Assembly (NCBI GenBank): GCA_024679065.1
Contig: JAGIQG010000007.1
Span: 65,968,001-66,032,000 of the forward strand
Reading direction: 5' to 3'
DNA: 64,000 nt
Source: Sphyrna mokarran
Taxonomy: Eukaryota
Under the pieces are notes generated by a model, which had not been told where the DNA came from, did not search any database, and saw only the letters and a program-made list of their open reading frames with translations. This document shows, piece after piece, positions 25,375-37,366 of this stretch (its first letter is position 1; every line of letters starts with the position of its first letter). Position numbers and translations under genes: made by a program.

Positions 25375-25730
25375 AGAGGTTGTGGTTTAGTGGTACTATT
25401 AGTGGACTAATAATTCGGAGGCCCAAGCTAATTCTTTGGAGACATAGATTCAAATCTCATCTTGGTGGTGGAATTTAAATATAAATAAATCTGGAATTGA
25501 AAGCTAGTCTCAATAATGGTGACAATGAAACTATCATCCATTGTTGATTCCTTTCTTGTTCACAAGTCTCTTTTTGCTGATGGCGGATTTCCATTCCCTA
25601 TATGATTAGCTCTTAACTACCCTCTGCAATGGTCAAGCAAGCCACACAGTTCAAGGACAATTAGGGAGGGGCTACAAACACTAACCTTGTCAGCAATACC
25701 TGCATCCCATTAAAGAATAAAGGAAAAAAT
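25375..25730 (+). mobile_element. tRNA-derived SINE (same family as 3117)
   Basis: gtggtttagtggta...gattcaaatctc...tctggaattgaaagctagtctc...gttcaaggacaattaggg tail. Confidence 0.75.
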
Positions 25731-27479
25731 GTTGTAAGTTTGGAAACTGTGGCTGTCTTACCTCACTTCCTTTGACCTACCTCAACTCATTCCAGTAGTG
25801 TTGGCCATCTGTCTCTCTGCAATCTACTGAAATGCCACATTCATCTCTTTCCTGGTGCAAAGCAAGGATTATATTCCTTTTCATTTGTCACTGACCAAGT
25901 TACTGTTAAAAATGCCAGTTGTAGGTAATACAGTTTTGATTGGCAAGGTATAAATAGATCATTTTATTTCCCATTAGATGACCTTCATGTTCCACCCCAA
26001 TGTCTCTTTTAATCATCAGATGATAGATATAGGTACTGTCTCTTAAAGATTTTTTTTAAAAGAAGACAAATTTTAGATTATCTATATGGTTGAAGCATTT
26101 TAGTGATGAGTTACCTCAAGCTCTTTGGACTGGAATTGTTGTTATTGATAACTTGTGGAGTAAGCTTTAAAAATTGTTTGTTTTTCAAATATCTGATGTT
26201 GTTACAAAACTCCTACGAAAACCAGGTTACACAAACGCAACCTGTTGCTGTGAATATTTCCTGACCACCAATATGCTGGTTCTAAAGTTTACAGTATGGT
26301 TTGCTTAGCTGTTTTAAAAATTTGACTTGGGCAAAATGTCTCAGCACAATTGCTTTTACAATCTGAAACTCCACTGAGTGTGGTAAGTATCCAGTTGTGG
26401 TAGACAGTGCTTTGAGTGTGTTTTACCAACTGTTTTACTAACCAGCCATCATTGAATTACTTCTGTATGCTCTTAAATGCACAACTGCTAACTGGCCCTG
26501 CTGTTTCTTTTGTCTCAAATGATGAGTTATGACTTCCAGATACCAGTGAATGTTTTTGAAATAGGAAACAGTAGTGCACTGTTTTTTGAGGTTTTTTACT
26601 GCTTGCTTATGCTGAAATTGAAAAACAGTTGTCTATGTAGATCTAAATAAATTTCAAATTGTACCAAAAATCTGTTTCAGCATTAGATTGGGGTAAAAAT
26701 GCATTTTATAAAAAAAAGTAAGTTGATTAAATGCTTTTACAAATAAATGGGATCTGTATCATTTCTATGACCTAATTTACAATTCAAATTTAGATGCCAT
26801 TGACTCATTTGGCAGCATGATCATATATTGTTGTGTATTTGATTACTTTCTTGTATTTACCCCGTGCTAATGAAAGTGTACTTACTTCGTTTGTATTAAT
26901 ATTCAATTTTCAATTTGGCATTTTGAATTTGATGTAGTAATTCTGGTAGCAAAGCAATAAAACTCAATCACACCTGTTCTTTCTCCATATTGACAAGTAC
27001 TCCCAACGTTTTGTTGAGCTTTTGGATTGTGCTTTGCAGAACGACTATTATCAGAGGAGCAAAGCTGGCAAAATCATTCTGATCTCTCAAACATTCCAGG
27101 TCTTTGGTGTTTGGTTTGTTGATGTGTAGTTTATTTTTCTAATATGCTTTGGTAGAACTGAGAGATAAGGCACATGGTCAGAAGTGGACAGAATTTTCAT
27201 AGCAAGAGAAAAATTAGGATTTGTTTAAACAATGTCTAAATTATGTTGGAATTTATGTCATTTATTTTTCCTCCCAAGCTTAAATGGAATAAGATTAGAA
27301 TTTTAAGACGAGCATGATTGCGATAAATATAATTAATTCCAAATTTGGTATTCTTAAATGCAAACTATTAGACTTGATCTGTTATCCTGCCTCTTGGTAG
27401 CATAATAGTTTGACGTGCAATTCATGTTGCTATTCAGGTGACCATAGTCCCATATTGTTGAGGGAATTGATCAGGAGAC

Positions 27480-28185
27480 AACAGGAAATCTTTGAACAAT
27501 TAGGATACCAGATCAGAAAACCAAAGGTATGCTATGAAATCAGATTAGACTCCAACAGTTTGCTATTTTGGCATTCATGTGAGGATAGTGTTGCAGTCAA
27601 AGCAAGATTCTACTGACAAATTAGGGAACCATTATCAAAACAACTTTTATTTAACAAAGTTCAAAACAAATAAATTAGCTTAACATTTAACAATTGAATA
27701 ATACTTAAACATGACAAGATATAATTCTTAACTGCTTACCTTGCCCTATGAGTTCCAATTCAAGCAATATTCCTCTTCCAGACTTAAATTCCCTCTTCAA
27801 AATAGGCCACCTAAGTACAAACAAGAAGCATGTGTTTTGCTAACTAATTTTAAAGCTTTTAGACAGCAGAACCAGGCAGTAACTGCTTCCTTTAAAAATG
27901 AAAGAGAAGGTGTTTCCCCTGCCAGTTTAGCTCCTTCCATTAAGTACATGACCATGTCCCTGTCAGACTATTCTGAAACCCCAAGAGAACTTAAGGAAAC
28001 ACAATGGCATTAGCCCTGATTAAACAAATACTTCACATACTTAACCTCGTCTCCCAATGAGGTTACCATATAATTCTACAAAAGTAACTTTCCATTTGTA
28101 ATTCAACAAAATACTTGCCAACTTAATTATGTTCTGTGGTTTAAAACAAATCTCTTTTGATAGGGCAAATACCCCTCCTGACGCA
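27480..28185. mobile_element. Possible solo LTR or unclassified repeat
   Basis: Composition shifts to A/C-rich on +; antisense poly(A) signal (tttatt) near 27647; no termini confirmed. Confidence 0.2.
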
Positions 28186-28231
28186 TTGCAAGTAGTTCCT
28201 GTAAGATTTGTAACTTTACTGTCCTAATTTA

Positions 28232-28900
28232 CTTGAGATAGGTTAACAAAAATGGCAGACATATGAAGATGAAATTTGATACAGAAAAGTATTACGTGAT
28301 ATAGATCAGAATACAATTATTAAAAAGCTGAAAGAACAGCAACACATGGGTATAGGCACACAAATCATTGAAGATGTCAGAGCAAGTTGAGAAAGTAGTT
28401 GAAAAAGCTTGTGGGATCCTGGGCACAGTGCAAAAACAAGAAGATTATGTTGAACCTCTAGAAACACTGGCCTTATTTGGAACTTTATGTATATTTCTGG
28501 AAGCAGACTTAAGGACAGATGTGAAGGCATTAGGAAGGGAGCAAAAAAGATCCACAAGAATGGTTTCTGGAATGAACAACTTATTATGGATATTGGAAGA
28601 GATAGGGTTCTGCTTGACATGGCTGAATGGAGATTTGATCAAAGTGTCCAAAATCATGAGGCATTTAGATAGAGTAGATTGAAAGAAACTGTTGCCATTG
28701 GCAGATGGGTCGAGAACCAGAGGACACTGACTTAAGGTGGGTGATGGGTGAAAGAACTATGTTGATATGAAAAACCTTTACTTGGTGAGTGGTTAAGATT
28801 TGGGATGCACTGATAGTGCATGGGAAAGACAGATTTAATCATAGCTTTTCAAAAACAAAATATCTAAGTTTCAAAAGAGAAAATTTTCATTTGGGAAGGA
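28232..28900 (+). mobile_element. Old CR1 ORF2 3' fragment
   Basis: QVEKVVEKACGILG...GDLIKVSKIMRHLDRVD; tcgagaaccagaggacac. Confidence 0.75.
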
Positions 28901-28916
28901 TCTGCAGAATAAGAGT

Positions 28917-29957
28917 TAGAGTACAAGAGCTGGCCTTTAATGTTGCAGTTGTATAAAATGTTGGTTAGACCTCATTTGGAATACTGCGTCCAGTTCTGGT
29001 CGCCTTACTACCGGAAGGACGTGGAGACTCTGGAGAGAGTACAGAGGAGGTTTACCAGGATGCTGCCTGCTATGGAAGGTCTGAGTTACGAGGAGAGGTT
29101 AGGCAAATTGGGACTGTTTTCCTTAGAAAGACATAGACTTAGAGGAAATCTAATAGAGGTGTACAAGATTGAGGGGTATAGATAAAGTAAACAGGGTTAA
29201 GCTTTTTCCTAGGATGGACTCAAATAGCACAAGGGATCACAGGCTGAGGGTGAGGAGGGTAATGTATAATTTGGATGCTAGAGTGAGTTTTATCACAGAG
29301 GGTGGTGGGAGTATGGAATGCGCTGCCAAGAAAAGTGGTGGAGGCAGGTACTCTGGAGTTATTTAAGAGATACTTAGATGTGCACGTGAACAGAATGGGA
29401 ATGGAGGGGTATAGAAAACAGATTTAACATAGGGATCATGAGCCTTGGGAGTCCCTGGGAAGTGTGTAAATAGATGATATTAATGTACTTGTTTTTATCC
29501 TACAGGTGCTTTGGTCCGCCTTGTTGTCTAACAAGGGGCATACACGCGATGGGTTGTGAGAGGGCTGCTCTTTTTTTTTCGAGAGTATCCTAGTGCTTTA
29601 CGTCGTTAATGTATGCTTGACCTGGACCATTTGATGGGCAGCACGCCAGCTCAGTGACTATCGCTGTGCTGTGCAGATACGTGGATTCGGGCCTGTGTCT
29701 GTGGGAGTTTGCGCATGCTCCCCGTGCTTGCGTGGGTTTTCTCCGGGTGCTCCAGTTTCCTCCCACATCCCAAAGATGTGCTCTTAGGCTAATTGGCAAA
29801 ACAAATTCTACCTAAATTGTCTCAAATTTGGTTTTTAATCCATAGATCTATAAACATAGACAGGGATCACGGGTAGAGGTGGGAACATCAGGGTGGCGGC
29901 GTGGGCTCATTAGGCCGAAGGGCCTGTTCCCTGTGCTGTTTTGTTCTTTGTTCTTTG
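28917..29957 (+). mobile_element. CR1 subfamily A copy, sense to CHD7
   Basis: [43 protein letters not shown]; full composite 3' UTR; TTGTTCTTTGTTCTTTG tail. Confidence 0.92.
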
Positions 29958-30211
29958 AGTCCTTAGAAAGGCAGTATAATAGGTGAAAAGGCAGACTCTG
30001 TGCTGTAACCATTCCATAATTCTCAATCTGAGTTTCTTTTCTAAATCATTTAATATTTGATACTCAAACTCCTTAACATTCTTTTTCCCAGATATCGGTT
30101 TACAGGTTAAGTAATGTGATGATGTATGAAAAGATACTTAGTGACAGATCTTCAAACCGTTCAATAGTTTTTCTAAATTGAGGCTTCGAGCTTCAATGAA
30201 TGGTTGTTAGA

Positions 30212-30512
30212 GTTTTAGAATCCTTATGGTCAGAAGGAGGTCATTCAGTCCATTGAGTTTGCACCAACTTTTTGCTAAAGCATTTTGCCCAGGCCCAGTC
30301 GTCGCCCTATGCCCTTAATCCTGCACATTTACCCTGTTAATCCATCTAGCCTGCACGTCTTTGTACGTGGGAGGAAGCCTGAATACCTGGAGGAAACCCA
30401 CACAGACACGGGGTGAACATGCAAACTCCACACAGTCACCCAAGGCTGGAATCGACCCTGGGTCGCTGGTGCTGTAAGGCAGTAGTGCTAACCACTGTGC
30501 CATCATGCTGCT
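30212..30512 (-). mobile_element. HE1-type V-SINE (tRNA head, V-domain, CR1/HER1-like tail)
   Basis: Reverse complement: atggcacagtggttagcactactgccttacagcaccagcgacccagggtcgattccagccttgggtgactgtgtggagtttgcatgttcaccccgtgtctgtgtgggtttcctcc. Confidence 0.85.
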
Positions 30513-30964
30513 GCAATTTTATTGAATTTAACCCAACAAAACAACAGAATTACTTTTGTCAATTAATGAACTACATTACTCCGTCACTATTAATATAGGA
30601 AGGATATATTAATGTGCTAATGAAATGTTGCATTTGGAGTAATTTAAAGTGGCGTACATATCAGTTAACTCAATGTGTAGTCTCAAAACGCAAATTATAG
30701 ATATGACAAACTAATGTACACATTGATCTATCCATTCTGTTGCCTACATGTTTGCACTTGTAAACATGGTAAACAGAATTCTGTTCATCAGATAATTATG
30801 TTATGCATTTTTGAGCCATGATTGGCTGAAACAGGAAGTGAGCTGAATCCTTGAATGATTAAATCATTTTTTCCCTCAACTGCTTAAACACATCATGTTT
30901 CTCCACATTCCCTGCCATTTTTAGTTGTAATAAGAGCATATATGGATTATTGTAAAAATAAAGG

Positions 30965-31312
30965 CTTGCATTTATATAACATCCTTCATGATTAAGATAT
31001 TCCAAAGTGCTTTCCAACTAATGAAGTACTAAGTGTGTTGTCACTGTTGACAATGTGACAAGTAATTTGCTCTCAGCAAGCTTCAAAAAAACAATGATAT
31101 GATAATGTCCAGGTTTTATTTTGTGATATTGATTGAAGGATAAATATTGACAGGGCACTGCCTTGCTCTTTTTTGAATAATATATGGGATCTTTTTATGT
31201 CCACATGAGAGAGTAAACAGGGCCTTAGTACTGCATTGAGTTCGCAATCACCAGAGTGTTGGCCTACATTTCTGCGCTGAAGACCTAGAGTGGAACTTGA
31301 ACCTGCATTCTT
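30965..31312 (-). mobile_element. Deu-domain SINE (SacSINE1/AmnSINE1-like)
   Basis: cttgcatttatataaca...ccaaagtgcttt...aatgaagtact...gtcactgttg...aatttgctctcagcaagct; tail shared with L2. Confidence 0.7.
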
Positions 31313-34300
31313 GCAGCTTTATTTCAATGTGTCTCCATAGGATAGAACAACTTTGTTTGAAAAGATGAACTTCTTTATGTGACAATAACCAAGAATTTCA
31401 TTATTTTAATGTGACTCCTTGAAGCCAGTTTACCATATTAACATGAAAATATTCTACTTTGAGAAGCTGGGCACAGTCAGTTTAGGACATGAATGCTGCA
31501 CTATTTGAATGGATAGAACATCCTAGCATGGATTTTATTTTCTTTATGAACACTGATATTTTAATCTAGCAGGAATACTCTCAGACCTTTAATTGGTCAA
31601 CTATTATGACAGATTTGCCTGTAATTTCCCCAAGTTTCTGAGCCCTATATCAACCATTTACAAATAGACAAGGGAACCTGTAAAGGTTGGAGTTCTAAGA
31701 GGGACAATAATTTTAGTGCCTGTTATCTCAGCCATTATGTCTTGTTGCCAGGAAATTTTTGGTAGCATCCAGAAACACTGTTGCTAGTTGCCAGAAACAC
31801 TGAGCTCATTATTAGATGTGAGAGAGTAGTTGAGAAATAACTCTTGGTCTTTGACACAGCTCTTCCCCAAAGCAATACTGTTAAAATCAATGGCTGAGAT
31901 GCATGGAATTGTACTTCTGTCTTTGTTATCGTGCAGTTGTTGCTTTCATGTGATACAGTTTAATTTTTGTGTTTACTGCTTTGTTTCAGCTGTAAATTGA
32001 AGCTATTATAATGCACCATCAATTTAATACACAATACTTGCAAAGTCATTCCCCATTTGTCCCATTTTTCTCACTGAATTCATACTAGGGTATAGTTACA
32101 GGAGCAACAGTACCCTGCCTGCTACTACCTTTGTCCAGGTGGATGTTTTTTTTTTGAGATTTTAGATGGTTTCAGCAAGCTAAGGAGGAAATTGAAGACA
32201 ATTCTAATCACTTTCTTCTCTAGTAATCTATCAGGAACCTTTTAAAATGATTAAACAGGAATTCTGACATTTGTTCCATCTGTAGTGCACTCTGTTAAGA
32301 TCGTTTGCTACCTATGATCATCTAATGTTTGACTTGTAAGACTTGCAGTTCTGTTATGTGTATCTTTCCCTACTAGGCTGTTGAGAGAGTTCACTTTTCT
32401 AACTAACTGGATGTTAGTTAGAGAACATCTGTTTTGAATGTGCAAAGTTTGAAGTGCCTGAATATTATTTTTGATAAGTTTAGATGCTAATTTGAGACTC
32501 AGAAATAAAGTTCAAAGCTGTACATTGAAAGATATTTTCGCAGAATTATTGGTATTTCCTGTTTAATTCAAGCTTACATGTACAGATTGGTGAGTGTGAT
32601 AGAATGTTACGTAATTCTTCCAGAACTGTCTTTGCACCTGATTTCAGAATCGAGGTCTGGCATTGAATCTTTGGTTGAAGAAAACATATTATAGTATACT
32701 TGATAAGTGAAGTGCACTTGAGTACAGGAATGGGAAATGGTCATCCAGTCTTTTTGGATTGGAATCTGTTTTCGATCCTGATCGGATAATTTACTAAATC
32801 TTGTATTTGAAGCTTGTTATATAACATCTTTCAAAAAATTTTCTAAGCAGTTTTTTTTAGATCCAGTGACTATAATGTAAAAAAAATTGTAGTGGACATT
32901 TTGAGCATTTAATAACAGCTCTGAATGACCACTTAATCAGTTTTTTGTTAAAGTCAGAGTGAAGACTTTTCTGTTTCTTTTCAAATAGCACTATCATATC
33001 TTTAGTCTCCACATAAGCCATTGGAACGTGCAAGTTGGTTGTTGGTTTTTGGTTTCTTGTCTCATCCAAAGAGCTGGTTATAATTGTCAACTTCTGTCCA
33101 AGTCATTGTCTTCTCTCCAAGGTTGATCCAATTCCCTTTTTGAATATTCTAGTTAAGCCAAGATCACTACAGTAGGTGGCACTCTGCTCTATGTTGAATT
33201 CAAATACAAAGTTTCAGTTTAACTGCTTTTAGTTGCTCATCTGCCTCAGTTCCCTTATGCTAATTTGCTCAAAATGCCACTTCGTTAATTTTATAAGTTT
33301 ATCCATTTTGAGTTAACATTTTCCAAGTGAGCTTGCTCAGCCTATCCTAACAGCTGAGCATAAAATCTTGAATAATTGCTTCTCCCTTCAGCATGTGTTG
33401 AGGAGATGCAACATCATAAGACCAGAAAATGTAGGAGCAGTCATAGGCCATTTGATCCATCAAGTCTGCTCCATCGTTCAATAAGATCATGTCTGATCTG
33501 ATATAATCCTCAACTCCAATTTCACGCCTAAATCCCGTAACCCTTTATTCCGTTACTGATGATATATCTATCTCAGCCTTGAATTTAATGACCTAACTTC
33601 TACAGCTCTCTAACAAAGAATTCCACAACCTTCACAGAAGAAATTCCTCCTCATCTCTGTCTTAAATGCCGGCATCTCCACATCATTAAATGATATCCCC
33701 TTACTCTGAAATTATGCCATCAGATCCTAGACTCTCCCTCAAGAGGAAACAACCCCTCAGCATCTATCCTGAGGCCCCTTGAGAATCCTATATGTCTCAA
33801 TAAGGTTGTTGCTCATTCTTCTAAAGTCCAACGAATACAGCCTAACCTCTTTAATCTCTCCTCAGAAGAAAATCCGTCGTACCCGGGATCAACCTAGTGA
33901 ACCTTCTCCAAACTGCCTCCAAGGCTGTTATTATCTCCCCTTCGATAAGGGGACCAAAACAGTTCACAGTATTCCACATATGGAGTTACTAATGCCTTGT
34001 ATAGTTTTGGCAAGACACCCCTATTCTTATACTTTATTTACCTTTGAAATAAAGACCAATGTTCCATTTCATTTCTGAATTACCTGCTGAAATTTGCTTG
34101 TTCGCTTTCATGATTTATGCATGAGGATCCTCAACTCACTCCGTGCTGCAGTTCTTTTTCTCCATTTAAATAATACTCAGTTCCTTTATTCTTTCTATCA
34201 ATACATAACTTCACATTTCCCTCAAATTATATTTCATCTGATCAGTTTTTGTCTGCTTACCTTACCTGTAGAACCACCTATTTTTGTTCCATCTGCAAAC

Positions 34301-37065
34301 CTGACAAGAGTACGTTCATGTCCCTTGTCCAAGTCATTAATATATATTGTAAATAATTGTGGTTCCAGCATTGATCCCTGTGACAGTTCACAGGTTGCCA
34401 TCCTGAAAATGCTTCTCCTCCCAACTCTGCTTTCTATTGGTTAGCCAATCCTCTACTATGCAAATATACTACCTCCAACACCATAGGCTCTTAAGTATTA
34501 AGTAGCCTTTTATGTGATACTTCATCAAATGCTTTTTGGAAATTCAAGTATATTACATCTACTGGTTCCCTTTTTATCTATCGTGCTTGTTAACACTTCA
34601 AAAAATTATAATAAATTATATTAAGCATTTCTAAATGCTCTGCTATTGCATCCTTGGACTCTTAGTATTTTCCCAATGACAGAAGTTAAGCTAACTGTAA
34701 CCTATTATTTGTCTTCCTCCCTTTTTGAATAAGGTGTTAAATTGACAGTTTTCTAATGATCTGGGATTTTACCGGAATTTAAGGATTCTTGGAAGATTAC
34801 TAGCACTGTTTCCACTATAAACTGTTGTTACTTCCTTTAATATCCTGGGATGCAACCCATCAGGTTCAGGAGACGTATCAGCCTTTAGCCCCATTAGTTT
34901 CTGTAGTACTTTCTCTATAGTGATAGTTATTGTATTTATTTCCTCTCGTCATCCCCTTTTCTGACCCTTGATTATTTGGTATTTTTGGAATGTTATCCTC
35001 CACAGTGAGGACTGGCAGACAGTATTTGTTTAATTCCTCTGCCATTTTCAATTTCCCTACTATTTCCAAGTCTCATTCTCAGATCTATATTCACTTTGGC
35101 ACCTCTCTTCCTTTTCACATATTTAAAGAAGCTCTTGCTGTACATTTTATATTGCTTGTTGGTTTATCCCGTTTTCCTTTTCCTTCTATTTCTTATTTTG
35201 GTTTTTAAAACTTTCCTAATCCTCTGGCGTACCACTAATCTTTGTCACATTATGTTTTTCTTCCTGTTTGTTACTATCCTTACTTAACTACGCTTGATTT
35301 ATCTCCTTCCTAAAATCAGCCTTCCTTACTGCTTTCTACCTTTATTCCATTGTTATATACATCTGCCATTGCTGATCAATAGTATTTTCTGCTAAACACC
35401 TTTTCCAGTCCACTCTAGCCAACTCTGCTCACATTTTCTTATAATTAACCTTAGTTAAGTTATAACACAGTTGACTCAAGTTTCTCACTTTGAAACTGAG
35501 TGCTAAATTTTACCATGTTATGCTTACTGTTTTCTAAGAGATTTTTTATTTTTGAGATTGTTTATTAAACTTCCCTCATTACACATGACCAGATCCAAAG
35601 TAGCTTTGATCCCTGGGTTCACAACATACTGTTCTAGGAAACTGCCCCAAATGCGCACTGAATTTTTCCTCATGGCTACCTTTGCCAATTTGATTTTCCC
35701 AGGCTAAAATCATCCACGGTAAAAGTGCAAACTTTCTTATGTGCCTTTATTAGCATCTGATTTATTCTCTGTCGAACAATTTACCCACTGTTTGGGGGTT
35801 ATAAATTACTCTCACCAGAATCACCTTCCCCTTGTTATTTCTTATCCATTCATATGGATTCGATATCTTCTAATACAAGATCATTTCTTGCTAGCATATT
35901 TATTCCATATTGTACTAACAAAGCTACCCCACTATCCTTTTCTTCCTGCCTGTCACTGCGAAAAGTTACATGCACCTGCATATTTAGTTCCCAGTTTTGA
36001 TCTCCTTGTAACTATGTTTCTATAATGGTTTTAAGATCATATCTGTTAATCTCAATTTGTGCTACTAATTCATTGTGCTGAATTCTATATGCATTTAAGT
36101 AAAGAGTTATTATTTTTTGCCTTGTTATCATCTTTTCCCCTTTTTGACCCTATTTGTTTTTTATGTTCGCACTCTGTCCATTCCTGTTGCACTCTAGGTA
36201 TCATTGGCTAAATAGCTTCTTGTAATGCTTCCATATCTTTTTGTCTTGTAAGCCTATGCATCCCTTCTCCAAAACCATTCCTTCCCTCTTGTTTAATGTC
36301 CTCTATACTTTCCTTGATATGCAGTTTACAAGAATACTGGTTTCAGCACAATTCAGATACAGGTTCTCCCAGTGATACAGCTCCCACTTCCTTAGTACTG
36401 ATGCCAGTGCCCCACAAATCAAAACTCACTCCCATAATTGTCTTTGAGCCATGTATTCATCTTGCTAATTTTATATATCCCATGCCAATTTACGCATGGT
36501 TCAGGTAATCCAGAGATTATAACTTTGGAGGTTCTGTTGCTTAATTTGGTGCTGAGCTCCTGAAATACCTCTTCCCTTGTCCTACCTATGTCATTGGTAC
36601 CTGCATGGGCTACAAGGATGGGTATTTTCCTCCTCCCACTGCAGGTTCCTGTCCAATCCAGAGCAGATGTCCCAAACCACGGCCTTGGACAGGCAATACA
36701 GCCATCTGGATTCCTTGCTATAGAGAACATTGTGAATCCCTCTCACTATACTGTCCCCTACTGCCACTACTTTCTTACATGCTTCCCTCCAAACCCTTAC
36801 TGACGTTGGCAGCATGGTACAGGAAGCCAATAAGCCCATCACCTTGATTCCCCACTTTCATCCAAACCTGCTGGAAGATCCTTAGATTTGTTGGGTAACT
36901 GCAGCAGCTGACACTCCTGCCCTCTGAGTCCCATTGCCTGCATCAGCAGCTGTCACACCCTCCTGCCCCTGATCGTTTTTCAAGCTGGAAGATTGTATTC
37001 TAAGGAGTGTGAATGCCTCCTGAAACAAAGCTTCCTGGTAACACTGTCCCTATCTGGTGTACACA

Positions 37066-37366
37066 ATTGGTATACACAATTCTCTAACCAATGCTCAGGA
37101 TTCCCTTCACACACATTGTTAGCCACTTTAACACTTGAATAGCAGGTTAGACGTAAGGATTCGCATTGTAATCAGCAATCTGTGACTGTCTGTGTTGATA
37201 TGTGTGCGATTGCAGACTAGAACACTGCATTTGCCTGATGAAGGCACAAGAGTGTCGAAAGCTTGCAGATTTACTATCAAATAAATCGGTTGGATTTAAA
37301 ATTGGTGTTGCTAAATTCTTACTGAGTTCTTACTACCCCAGTCCAAGGCCGGCATCTCTACATCAT
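37066..37366 (+). mobile_element. Penelope-like element 3' fragment nested in CR1 ORF1
   Basis: Hammerhead motif followed by aaataaatcggttggatttaaaattggtgttg...ccccagtccaaggccggcatctctacatcat, the same terminus as 12600 and 61280. Confidence 0.75.
37230..37269 (+). ncRNA. Minimal type-I hammerhead ribozyme (Penelope-associated)
   Basis: TTTGC-CTGATGA-A-GGCAC-aaga-GTGTC-GAAA-GCTT-GCAGA: stem I, complete core, stem II, palindromic AGCT stem III. Confidence 0.7.
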
